Source: Spirochaetia bacterium | Lineage (GTDB): Bacteria; Spirochaetota; Spirochaetia; SZUA-6; Bin103 | DNA length: 64,000 bases | Assembly (NCBI GenBank): GCA_965208575.1 | Contig: CBDBOV010000002.1 | Span: forward strand, 352,001-416,000 | Direction of reading: 5' to 3' | Part shown: piece after piece, positions 54,085 to 62,537 of the stretch | Layout: each line of letters opens with the position of its first letter | Position numbering within the stretch: position 1 is the stretch's first letter | Notes under the pieces: model-generated | The model's database searches: none | Told to the model about the DNA's origin: nothing | What the model saw: only the letters and a program-made list of their open reading frames with translations | Position numbers and translations under genes: made by a program

Positions 54085-55474
54085 ACTGTGCCCATCCTAT
54101 CGCAACCATCAGTTCGTCGAAAGCCTGCGCGATCGGCGCGAAGTCTGCCACGCTCCACGCTTCGAGGCGGCCGGGACCTGACTGTCGGAGCAGATCGTCG
54201 ATCCGATCCAGCAGGAGCCGGTGGCGGCTACGCCAGGCCACCCACTGGCTATAGGCACGGGACCACAGTTCGCGTCGGCGCAGAGCGTAGTCTATTGTCT
54301 TGGCATCCTCATCACTCGCACCGGCACGCAGCCGTGCGAGGGCTTGGTGTGCGCGGCTGCGGCTGATCAGGCGGGTAATCTCCTCTCGCGGGCCAGCGGC
54401 CTCCGGGGTGCGTAGTAGCCAGTAGTCAAGGTGGTGCGCCAGTTCATGGAGGCACGCCAGATCCGCAACGTCCGTCGTTTCGTTGATGGCGACGGTGCGG
54501 GATTGGAAGTTGTACCCGCCTTCCATGTGGCTCGGTAGTGCGATAGTGATCACGGTGGCCGGCCAAAGGTCCTCCGGCACTCCATGTACGCGGCCGGCGG
54601 CAGCAAGTGCGCGGGCAACCGCGCCGTCGTGACCCTCGCTGACGTTCACGCGCAGGCGAGTCGCCAGTGGCTGCTGCCGCGGTCGAAGGTCGCGGTAGAT
54701 GTTGTGCGTGCGATCACGGAACGCCCGCCGGAGCTGCTCGTCCCGGCCGGCACCGGGGTTGTACTCGAATCCAGGGTCGATGCCCTCGTAGCCGACGTGG
54801 GTCTTGCCGCTCCGAGGGTTGTAGTAGGTCTTCTCGCGCAAGCGGGGCCGGCGCTCAGACAACTCCTTGCCACCAGGTAGCTTGTCGCGGCGGTAGCGTT
54901 CCGCTTGGGCGCGAGACACAAAACGGGTCGTGCACTTGCAGCCCCAGCCGTTGCGCGGGTTTGCGATCCTCCAGAACGGGTCATCCTTGGGCAGCATGGT
55001 CCCGTCCCAGGCGGCGTGCTGCGGGCGATGCACACGACTCGGACCCACGCGGTAGAGCAGGTACGGGTGGCTGGTGGACCGCTGGCCGCGCTCCCAAACG
55101 CCGGCTTGATAAGCCTGGCCCATGTTGACGCGCCAGATCGTCGCCAACCGGCGGGACACGTATAAATCGGCCTTCGCGCGGGCCTCGGGGTCGTCCGGAT
55201 CGGGGGGTGCCACACGTCCCCACCAGCCGCGCTTACTCAGTTCTGCGACCCACTCCCTCCGCCACTGCTCGAAGGGCTTCCCCTCTCGTTGGGCCGTTGC
55301 CAGCGAGTCCTGCACGTCGGCGAGCAGATCGAGTCGCATCATGTTCGCGACGGTGAAGGAGCGGGCGTGCTCCTCGCGCCAGACATCCCGGTAATCCCAT
55401 CCGGTTCGCAGCCGCTTGCGTCGGATGTAGTCGATGGCCTCCCGTGGCGGCGGGCCGGCGAGATGGTCGGGCAC
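54074..55474 (-). CDS. Phage head morphogenesis protein MuF (gp30) with a C-terminal HExxH metallopeptidase/LPD1-like extension
   Basis: WDYRDVWREEHARSFTVA, HRPQHAAWDG..LPKDDPFW..PRNGWGCKC, GIDPGFEYNPG; C-terminal HELAH and ELWSRAYSQWV. Confidence 0.88.
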   Translation of the reverse strand: MPDHLAGPPPREAIDYIRRKRLRTGWDYRDVWREEHARSFTVANMMRLDLLADVQDSLATAQREGKPFEQWRREWVAELSKRGWWGRVAPPDPDDPEARAKADLYVSRRLATIWRVNMGQAYQAGVWERGQRSTSHPYLLYRVGPSRVHRPQHAAWDGTMLPKDDPFWRIANPRNGWGCKCTTRFVSRAQAERYRRDKLPGGKELSERRPRLREKTYYNPRSGKTHVGYEGIDPGFEYNPGAGRDEQLRRAFRDRTHNIYRDLRPRQQPLATRLRVNVSEGHDGAVARALAAAGRVHGVPEDLWPATVITIALPSHMEGGYNFQSRTVAINETTDVADLACLHELAHHLDYWLLRTPEAAGPREEITRLISRSRAHQALARLRAGASDEDAKTIDYALRRRELWSRAYSQWVAWRSRHRLLLDRIDDLLRQSGPGRLEAWSVADFAPIAQAFDELMVAIGWAQYGG

Positions 55475-57028
55475 CTATTCCTCGGAGCGGAAGTCGCGGT
55501 CTCCGAGTCCGCGGGCCAGGGTCTGGGCGATGGCGAGGCGGCGGTTGATGTCCGCTGTGTCCAGGCGGGCGAGCAACTCGGGGAGACGCCGCTGGATTTC
55601 GTCGTAGCTGCCCGCGTCCTGGGCGAGCTCTTCGATCTGGTCGTGGAGAGGGCGCAGCAGCGGCTCCCAGTCCTCGCCGGCCACCACCTCCGAGAGTTCG
55701 TCGCCGGCTTGTGGGATCGACGCGTTAGCTGTCAGCCGTAACAGGCCGTTCCGGTTGGGGACGACGGGCGTGCCGGAAGATTCGATCACCAAGTCACCCT
55801 CTCGGGGCTCGGTGAGTCCGAGCTTGGCGTACATCTCGGAACGCTTCACGGGCAGCCCGAGCGGAACCAGCATGGATACGTTCTTCACGAGGGCGGTGAC
55901 GTCTTCGGGGCGCGGTACGGGCAGGCGGGCGTAGGGGTAGCGTTCCTGAGGGCCGAAATTGTAGTCGACGTACGGGCGGATGAGGTCGCGGTTGATGGTG
56001 GCGTCGAAGTCGGCGGCGTCGGCTTCCATGATGTCGAGTCGCACCTCTTCCTGGGTGTCGTCCGAGCCGAGCTTGCCGGGGGTCGCGTCAGCAGTAGAGG
56101 TCTGCCCAACCACGGTCTTGCTGAGCTGTTCGTCGCACCACCGGACGAGGCGCTCGTGAAGTTCGATGGGGGTGCCAGGCGCGATGGCGTTGGCGAACTC
56201 GATGGCCATCGCTTCCGGGATCACGCAGCCGATGTCGCGGCCGATGTTGCGGACGGCCCGCTCCAGTACCTTCTTGTCTTCCTTGGTGGCGTTGCGCGGG
56301 TACTTGCCCATGCGCAACGGAAACCCGTATGCCAGAACGAAGGCGACCCAGCCCGAAAGGGTTGAGTTCTTGATGAGCCACAGGTAGGCGGCGACGAGCG
56401 CCAAGCCGCTGCGCAGGGGCAGCCCGGACTTGAGCTGGGGTTCGTGGATGATGAACTTGGCGGCCGGCAGAACCTGCAGGCCGGTAGCGGTACGCAGCAT
56501 CAGGCGCCGTCCGGTGTCGACGTCGTAGTCGAACCAGCGGGGATCGCGCCAGTGGTAGGAGACAGGACGCCAACGGGTCTCCGTGGTCTCCCACATGACC
56601 TCGACGACGCTGTATCCCTTGCCGAGGCCGTCGAGCGCGTCGAAGATCATGCGTCGATACTCGGGGCGCTCCACGACGTCCTTGCGCACGGCCTCGGCGA
56701 TCTTCAGGGAACGGGAGTCTTCCCCGCCGGGGTCGACGACGGGCTTCAGGCGCGAGATGGCGAGCTTGCGAGTGCCAAGGACGGAGCGGTAGTGGCCGTC
56801 GGCCTCCTCGATATCCTCGGCAAGAGTAAGGAACTCCTGGGCTTCTCCCTGCTTGACGGCCTGAATGATCTGAGCGAGGCGCTCCGGAGTGAGCGTGGAG
56901 GCTACGTCACCGGATCCGTACCAGGGGTTGCGGACCGAGAGCGCGCCAGCGCCGGCGAGCTCCCGGTCGAGCTCGTTGCGCGTCGCTGCTTGCCGATGCC
57001 TATTCTTCTTCCCACGCTTCTTCGCCAC
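55475..57028 (-). CDS. Mu-like portal protein (gp29, DUF935)
   Basis: LTPERLAQI, LAEDIEEADGH, DGLGKGYSVVEVMW, YGFPLRMGKYP, LSKTVVGQT; GTG start with RBS GGAGG. Confidence 0.92.
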   Translation of the reverse strand: MAKKRGKKNRHRQAATRNELDRELAGAGALSVRNPWYGSGDVASTLTPERLAQIIQAVKQGEAQEFLTLAEDIEEADGHYRSVLGTRKLAISRLKPVVDPGGEDSRSLKIAEAVRKDVVERPEYRRMIFDALDGLGKGYSVVEVMWETTETRWRPVSYHWRDPRWFDYDVDTGRRLMLRTATGLQVLPAAKFIIHEPQLKSGLPLRSGLALVAAYLWLIKNSTLSGWVAFVLAYGFPLRMGKYPRNATKEDKKVLERAVRNIGRDIGCVIPEAMAIEFANAIAPGTPIELHERLVRWCDEQLSKTVVGQTSTADATPGKLGSDDTQEEVRLDIMEADAADFDATINRDLIRPYVDYNFGPQERYPYARLPVPRPEDVTALVKNVSMLVPLGLPVKRSEMYAKLGLTEPREGDLVIESSGTPVVPNRNGLLRLTANASIPQAGDELSEVVAGEDWEPLLRPLHDQIEELAQDAGSYDEIQRRLPELLARLDTADINRRLAIAQTLARGLGDRDFRSEE

Positions 57029-58538
57029 CTGAGGGCCTCCAGTAGTCGATGCCGGCGCTGCCGACCGGCTCGTAGGTGAGCGGCTGGTAGACACCTTCGT
57101 CCTGGCGGACGGCGTATTCGGCGAGCATGCCCGCAACCGCCGCGTCGCCGTGACGCTTGCCGCCGCCGGCATCCGTGGTGTGCTCGCGGATTACCGCCAC
57201 GCCGCGGTCGAGCACGACGGCGCGGTGATCGTCGAGGATGCCGGCGTGATTGGGGATGGTGATGGTCTGGTCCTCGTACCGGGCCTTGTAGGGTGGCATG
57301 TAGTCGAGGTAGGTGCGCCGGCTGATCATCACCTCGTGGATGTAGGGGCCGTACTTCTGGGCGGCGAGCTCGGCGATCATCTGGCCGTTGCCGCGCGCGT
57401 CGATGGCGGCGGCGCCGAAGCGCGTGGTGCCGTCGACCGCGGCACAGAAGATCTGGAACTGCTGGGCGAACGGGACGTTGCGCATCTCGATGTAGACGGT
57501 GGCCACAAGTGAGAGCTGCAGGGTCTCCACGAACAGGGCAATGACGGACAGGTCGCCGGAGCGCGCGAAGTCCATGCCAAGGTAGCCGAGGGTGCGCTCT
57601 TTCTCGGCGCGCTCGCGGGCGGCGGCCAGCACCGGCTCCAGGTGCTCATCGATCCAGGCCTCGCAGTCAGCCTGGCGGTCGTGGTCGGCACGGTAGGTGA
57701 ACTCGGAGGCGCGCTCGTAGGTGATGACGGGGATTTCGTCGGACATGGCGCGTTCGACCAGGGCGCGCGGAAAGTACTTCTGGCCGCCCTGGGAGGGGAT
57801 ACAGTAGAGCTCCTCCTGGGCGGCTTCACCGTACTGCCCGACGAGATCCGCGAGCCACTGGCGCTCGCCCTCCGCGGTCCACTCTTCCTGCACACCGGTG
57901 ACAGCGGCCTTGCGCTCAAGGATGCGACGGTAGAGTCCGTCGGCGATCGCATCTTCGATGTCGATCTTGTGCAAGCTGCTTCGCGGCCGCTTGCCGGCGC
58001 GGATCTCTTGGACGAGCTCGTTGAACTCGTTGTCCACGCCGTTGTGGGTGCTGATCACGATTACCTGAGCGCCCCACATGAGCAGCGCAATCGCGGCCTT
58101 GAGCAGCTCCCCAAGGTTGTCCACGAACCCGGCTTCGTCGATGATGACGCGGCCTTGCTTTCCGCGCAGCACGGTAGGACGGCCTGGAAGGCCGACGATC
58201 TCGGCGCCGCTCGCGAAGGTGATACGGTAGATGGTGATGTCTTCGTCTTCGTCGACGATCACCACCTCTTCGACGACAGCGGCGGCCTCGCCGTACCGCT
58301 TCGCCCAGTACGCGCACGTGTCGACGAACTCGCGGGTCATCTCCTTGTTGTACGAGATGTAGTAGGTGTTGACGGGGTTGCGGGCGCGGGCGGCGCACAG
58401 GGCGGAGTCGGAGGCCTCGGACCAGGTGAGTCCGATACGCCTGGACTTCTCACACACCTTTATCTCGGCGGTATCCTCCAGCCATCTCCGCTGGTAGCCG
58501 AGGAGCACGCCGCCGGCGGCGGCGTCAGGCGGCGACAC
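57000..58538 (-). CDS. Mu-like terminase large subunit (gp28)
   Basis: LLGYQRRW, EKSRRIGLTW, LRGKQGRVIIDEAGF, VISTHNG, GMDFARSGDLS, RHGDAAVA. Confidence 0.93.
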   Translation of the reverse strand: MSPPDAAAGGVLLGYQRRWLEDTAEIKVCEKSRRIGLTWSEASDSALCAARARNPVNTYYISYNKEMTREFVDTCAYWAKRYGEAAAVVEEVVIVDEDEDITIYRITFASGAEIVGLPGRPTVLRGKQGRVIIDEAGFVDNLGELLKAAIALLMWGAQVIVISTHNGVDNEFNELVQEIRAGKRPRSSLHKIDIEDAIADGLYRRILERKAAVTGVQEEWTAEGERQWLADLVGQYGEAAQEELYCIPSQGGQKYFPRALVERAMSDEIPVITYERASEFTYRADHDRQADCEAWIDEHLEPVLAAARERAEKERTLGYLGMDFARSGDLSVIALFVETLQLSLVATVYIEMRNVPFAQQFQIFCAAVDGTTRFGAAAIDARGNGQMIAELAAQKYGPYIHEVMISRRTYLDYMPPYKARYEDQTITIPNHAGILDDHRAVVLDRGVAVIREHTTDAGGGKRHGDAAVAGMLAEYAVRQDEGVYQPLTYEPVGSAGIDYWRPSGGEEAWEEE

Positions 58539-59106
58539 CGAGAATGCGCTTGCGGATGGCGTCGATAGTGGCGTCGGAGATGCCGGCGGCTCTGGCCTCC
58601 GCGACGCCGGCCTCCGCGGCCTCCTGCGCGATCTCCGCCTTCAGCTTGCGGCGGCGCTCGATGGAGCGGTCGGCGGCCATCTCGATGTCGCGCAGGCTGC
58701 GCGCCGCCTGCGCCAGCAGCTTGCCCATGCGCTCCGCGGTCTCGGCCTGATCGCTGGGGTCGTCATTCTCCGCCTGGTCGTGCAGGTTCTGCATCATGGC
58801 GACGGCGTCGAAGGCAATGGTGCGGAGCTGGTGCACCAGGACCTCGGACAGCTCCTGCTGACCCTCGGCCCCGCAGTGGGCGAGGTATGCCTTGACGGCC
58901 TGCGTGGCGGCGCGGTTGCGCTCGGCGAACTTGCGCATGTGTACCGCGTAGCGGTTGACGGCCGACTTGCTGGTGACGGTCTCCCCGGCTTCTGCGTTCA
59001 GGGCGTCCGCGATCTGTTGCTGGGTGACGCCGGGCCGGTCGAGCAGCTCGTGGAGGCGCTGCCGGAGCTCGGGCGCCAGCCGGTCGATGCTGCTCGCGCG
59101 AGCCAC
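58525..59106 (-). CDS. Mu gp27-like protein (DUF3486, putative terminase small subunit)
   Basis: MARASSIDRLAPELR..., SKSAVNRY, C-terminal GISDATIDAIRKRILG. Confidence 0.88.
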   Translation of the reverse strand: MARASSIDRLAPELRQRLHELLDRPGVTQQQIADALNAEAGETVTSKSAVNRYAVHMRKFAERNRAATQAVKAYLAHCGAEGQQELSEVLVHQLRTIAFDAVAMMQNLHDQAENDDPSDQAETAERMGKLLAQAARSLRDIEMAADRSIERRRKLKAEIAQEAAEAGVAEARAAGISDATIDAIRKRILGVAA

Positions 59107-59414
59107 TAGGCCGGTCTCAGGGATCCCGCGATGAGCTGCAGGGGATAGACGCGCACGAGGTCGGCGACATCCTCGACGGTGGCGTCCTTGGCGCGCGCGC
59201 CGCGGCTCAGTTCCACGTGCAGGTAGTTCAGCTTGCGGTGCGGGTAGGCGAACAGCGCCACGAGCGGCACCTCGCCGATCAGAGTGGTGCCGGGAGCCAG
59301 CCGCATCATGAAGTCGGCGTCGGCCTTGTCAACGACCTCGGCGTCATGGGCGCTGTAGCGGTTACGCAGGTGCTCTTCGACGGCCGGATAGCGGGTAACG
59401 ATGACAGTCTGCAT
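59106..59414 (-). CDS. Small protein resembling CRISPR-associated Csx16
   Basis: IVTRYPAVEEHL...LAPGTTLIGEVPL...YLHVEL..RAKDAT resembles the Csx16 pattern as I recall it (VTRHPGA...PGDxVIGxLP...YxHL..RGxEL); RBS GGAGG. Confidence 0.5.
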   Translation of the reverse strand: MQTVIVTRYPAVEEHLRNRYSAHDAEVVDKADADFMMRLAPGTTLIGEVPLVALFAYPHRKLNYLHVELSRGARAKDATVEDVADLVRVYPLQLIAGSLRPA

Positions 59415-59423
59415 GGCAGCCTC

Positions 59424-59714
59424 CTAGTCCAGACGCGGCCGTTCGACGCCGGCGGCGCGTTCGCGTCCGGCGGCGATGTCCTGGCCGCGGCGGGTGAGCC
59501 GGGCGAGCACGATGGACTCGGCTCCGTCGCCGAGTGACACCAGCTTCTCGCGTTCGAGCCAGCGGAGATCCTCGCGAATGCGGTCCAGGCCAACGTTGTG
59601 ACCGAAGGTGCCGAGCAGCCGCTGCAGCATCTCGTCGGAGAGCGTGCGGTCGCTGTCGGCGTCGAGGCCCTGCAGGATCACGATGCGCCGCGATGGCGCG
59701 AAGATGTCGCTCAT
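59424..59714 (-). CDS. Mu gp26-like winged-helix protein
   Basis: RRIVILQGL, DLRWLEREKLV, ARLTRRGQDIAAGR..GVERP. Confidence 0.85.
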   Translation of the reverse strand: MSDIFAPSRRIVILQGLDADSDRTLSDEMLQRLLGTFGHNVGLDRIREDLRWLEREKLVSLGDGAESIVLARLTRRGQDIAAGRERAAGVERPRLD

Positions 59715-60013
59715 TCGGCCTGCCTCATGAAGTACTCGCGGATCGTCCCGAGCGTGGCGTTGGTCACCTCGAGCTGACCCTCCAGTCGCGCCAGGCGCTC
59801 GCCGAACCCGTTGGCGCCATCGCGGACCGAGCTGATCCGGCCGTGCAGGTTACGGATCTCGGTGTCGAATCGGGTGACGACCTTGTCGATCTCCCGGGAG
59901 ATCAGCTCCCGCTCTGTCTTCTCGCGCAGCGTCCGGTCGCGACGCAACTGGAAGTAGATGGCGGTGTACGTGGCGACCGCGGCGGCCACGGTAATGGCGG
60001 AGGACCAGTCCAT
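59711..60013 (-). CDS. Mu gp25-like (DUF2730-like) protein: TM segment plus coiled coil
   Basis: N-terminal TM segment, ERLARLEGQL, synteny upstream of gp26, ATGA overlap. Confidence 0.65.
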   Translation of the reverse strand: MDWSSAITVAAAVATYTAIYFQLRRDRTLREKTERELISREIDKVVTRFDTEIRNLHGRISSVRDGANGFGERLARLEGQLEVTNATLGTIREYFMRQAE

Positions 60014-60123
60014 CGTGTCGCATGGTCGGCACGGAAGCCCGGCCCTTCCATTACAGGACTGTATTGGGAGGAAGGGCGGCCCGGCAGGACCCTCGACGCG
60101 TAAATCCAACGCAGGAGGTGTGT

Positions 60124-60423
60124 ATGGGCAACAAGTTCAAGCCCAACGTCTTGCTACTGGCGTTCGGCGGCCTGGTGGTGGTGATCGCGCTCGCGTTCAT
60201 CTTCCCTGCCCAGGCGGACATGGTGCTGGCGCTGGGCGCCGCGCTGATCGGCGGCTTCGTCGGCGTCATGAAGGACCTGGTATCCCCGGATCCCGCCCCG
60301 CCGGCCAAGGTGGTGCCGATGGAGGTCCACCAGGAGCTCATTCGCCGCTTCGCAGACGTAATCGCGACCGAACCTGAACCGGCGCCCGCGTCCGGGCGGT
60401 CAGGCAAGGGCGCCGGCAGCTAG
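60124..60423 (+). CDS. Small two-TM membrane protein
   Basis: RBS GGAGG; hydrophobic helices VLLLAFGGLVVVIALAFIF and MVLALGAALIGGFVGVM. Confidence 0.75.
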   Translation: MGNKFKPNVLLLAFGGLVVVIALAFIFPAQADMVLALGAALIGGFVGVMKDLVSPDPAPPAKVVPMEVHQELIRRFADVIATEPEPAPASGRSGKGAGS

Positions 60424-60445
60424 ACAGGCGGATCGAAAACAAGAC

Positions 60446-60503
60446 AGGCCCCGGCGCGCGCGGGCGGTGAGCTGTAAACACCGCCGCGGCGCCGGGGCCT
60501 TTT
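60446..60503 (+). terminator. Long GC hairpin followed by a T-tract
   Basis: AGGCCCCGGCGC...GCGCCGGGGCCT outer stem, GGCGGTG/CACCGCC inner stem, loop AGCTGTAAA, then TTT. Confidence 0.6.
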
Positions 60504-60583
60504 CATTGCCTATCCGAGCGCATGAGGCGCGGTACTGGCGCGCCGTACTTGGCGCGACTACACTTGCTGCTTAGCGACCGGAG

Positions 60584-61060
60584 ATGGACAAGACAGAGCT
60601 GTACCTGCACATAGCCCATGAGAAGTTCTCAGAGCAGTACCGGCGCGGACGAGCCTTCGATGCGCGCGCTGGCGCCGTATTGGGGGTGGCTCCTACGCTG
60701 GCCGGAATCGCGGCAATAGTGCTCAAGGACTTCTCTGGGCAGCAGTCTCTCTCCGGCGCCGACATTGTCGCCACTATCGTCTTGGGGGCGGCCATGGTCG
60801 GCGCAATGCTGTGCGCCCTGTTGGTATTGAAGCCGCAGAACCAGTGGCGTCACGACCCCGACTTGAAGGTATTCGGGGACAATCTGGGCAGATTCACCGA
60901 CGACGAAGTGGTCGAATGGGCCGGAGAGTTTACGAGAGACGCTGTAGAGGTGAACAACGGCCTGCTCACAGCAAAGGGTAGGCGCCTCGTGGCTGCCGTA
61001 TGGTTTCTCGTGGCGATGGCGGCAGCTCTGGTCACCCTCGCCGTACTGGTGAATACCTAG
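60584..61060 (+). CDS. Membrane protein resembling the DUF5706/Pycsar PycTM effector family
   Basis: FDARAGAVLG-TM-TM-LKP, soluble loop, NNGLLTAKGRRL-TM architecture. Confidence 0.5.
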   Translation: MDKTELYLHIAHEKFSEQYRRGRAFDARAGAVLGVAPTLAGIAAIVLKDFSGQQSLSGADIVATIVLGAAMVGAMLCALLVLKPQNQWRHDPDLKVFGDNLGRFTDDEVVEWAGEFTRDAVEVNNGLLTAKGRRLVAAVWFLVAMAAALVTLAVLVNT

Positions 61061-61188
61061 GCCGTTCGCACACGATCGGGCCGGGTGGTATTGGGCGCCA
61101 CGTCCGGCGCCGGCGGATACTTCGGACCCTTCGGCGGGTTCGCTGGCTTCGTCGGTTGCTTGCCGGGCCTCGGTTTTTCCTTGGCCAT
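61057..61188 (-). CDS. 43-aa Pro/Lys-rich peptide (not in the ORF track)
   Basis: AGGAG RBS; MAKEKPRPGKQPTKPANPPKGPKYPPAPDVAPNTTRPDRVRTA*; stop overlaps the stop of the convergent gene (CTAG). Confidence 0.6.
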   Translation of the reverse strand: MAKEKPRPGKQPTKPANPPKGPKYPPAPDVAPNTTRPDRVRTA

Positions 61189-61190
61189 GT

Positions 61191-61409
61191 TCACTCCTCG
61201 CTTTCCGTCGCGGTACCGCGGGGAGCCGGATCGTCGCCATCCCCGCCGCGCTCCCGGAATCCGCCTATGACGACGTCAGTGTCGTGAGCTCCGCGGCGAT
61301 TGAGGCCTGTTTCGGTTACGTCCGGATAACCACCGCCCTGCTCTTCTCCGCTGCCCCCATCAGTCTCGGGCGGCGGAGTATCGTTGCCTTGATTCTCTTC
61401 GTCTGCCAT
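61191..61409 (-). CDS. 72-aa acidic low-complexity peptide
   Basis: AGGAGAG RBS; D/E/G/P-rich; its 3' end supplies the RBS of the next peptide. Confidence 0.6.
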   Translation of the reverse strand: MADEENQGNDTPPPETDGGSGEEQGGGYPDVTETGLNRRGAHDTDVVIGGFRERGGDGDDPAPRGTATESEE

Positions 61410-61556
61410 CGTCTCGTCTCTCCTGGATTGATTGGATTCCTTGGCTGTTATTGGTCGCTCGGCATCCTTGACCGTGTAGTCGGTCCGATGCGCGTGGCCC
61501 TGAGTTCGATGCGGCGAGTAGCTGGTGTCCAGCTACGATCATCGAAGCGTCGATCT

Positions 61557-61886
61557 TCACTGCCGACGAGTCTCTTGGCGCCTGAACAGAATCTCTATAC
61601 GGCCGACAGTAGCCCGCACCATACCCTCGTCACACCTTGTCACTTTCAAAGTACCGCCCGTGGTGGACAGCAGATACCTACGATCTTTCGATGTCTCAGA
61701 ACGAGGCTGCCAAGCCTTTGCGGGGCAGTTGAACAACTGCTCATGTCCGATCCACCGTCGCCCCGGTAATAGGGGAGGCGCTCTGCTGATCACGATTCGA
61801 GTCGGTTGGGCCGAAAGGGTGTACCCATCGGTTCCTTTCCACTCGCCCTTCATCCAATTGGGCACACCGAAGTTCCCGTCTGCCAC
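61557..61886 (-). CDS. Hypothetical protein
   Basis: GTG start with AGGAG RBS directly after the S24 fragment. Confidence 0.6.
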   Translation of the reverse strand: MADGNFGVPNWMKGEWKGTDGYTLSAQPTRIVISRAPPLLPGRRWIGHEQLFNCPAKAWQPRSETSKDRRYLLSTTGGTLKVTRCDEGMVRATVGRIEILFRRQETRRQ

Positions 61887-61901
61887 TCGTTTGCTCCTCT
61901 T

Positions 61902-62120
61902 TCAGAATGTACGGGCCATCCAGCGAACCTCGCCGATGATCTCGGCGGCGGGAGGCCAGGGGTGGGCGGGCCAGGACGGGTGTTCGCTGGTCATCTGCCA
62001 GCGTCCGCCGGGACCTCGTCTCGATCGCTTGACGACGACGCCCTCGTCAGTGCGGATCACGTAGATGCCGTTGTGGCGCTGTCGGTGGCGTTGGCGGTCG
62101 ACCAAGGCAGAGCACGCCGC
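61902..62120 (-). pseudogene. Duplicated C-terminal S24 peptidase fragment of the repressor
   Basis: LVDRQRHRQRHNGIYVIRTDEGVVVKR...GEVRWMARTF closely matches the end of 62538-63296; no HTH and no catalytic-Ser region. Confidence 0.8.
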
Positions 62121-62351
62121 CGAAGATCGGCGAGACACTTGCGAGAGAAACTCCTCATAAGCAGGCCGGACCGCTGGCGTATCGGGAGACCATCCACAAT
62201 AGCCCTCCGGCCCTTCTCCACGTCGTCACAGATCCGGGCTGCCGTTGCCGGGTCGAGGTTCTTCCTGAGCGCGTCGGCGGTCGCCGCCATAACCGCGTAG
62301 TGGATCGTGGACGACGGCGACTGGCTGCGCTTCCCGCGACCCCGTCCTGGC

Positions 62352-62522
62352 TCACTCTGCGTCCTCGTCGCCGGTTTTCCCGAGCGCGGCCCTGATCTCC
62401 GCCAGCTCCGCGAACAGCTCACGCCAGCGGCGGGTGATGTAGACCGACGGGTATATACCGAGGGTGATAAGCGTAAAGAACCAGAGCTTTAACGGTCCCG
62501 GTAGTTTCTTCTTTGGTGCCAA
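62352..62522 (-). CDS. 56-aa single-TM protein with a DUF4234-like motif (not in the ORF track)
   Basis: RBS AGGAGGT, TTG start; MAPKKKLPGPLKLWFFTLITLGIYPSVYITRRWRELFAELAEIRAALGKTGDEDAE*. Confidence 0.65.
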   Translation of the reverse strand: MAPKKKLPGPLKLWFFTLITLGIYPSVYITRRWRELFAELAEIRAALGKTGDEDAE

Positions 62523-62537
62523 TCTCTTACCTCCTGC

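Noticed and set aside
62057-62355. ORFs 62155-62355 and 62057-62290 between the TM micro-gene and the S24 fragment
   Set aside because: Competing frames with no recognisable motif; the coding frame, if any, cannot be decided
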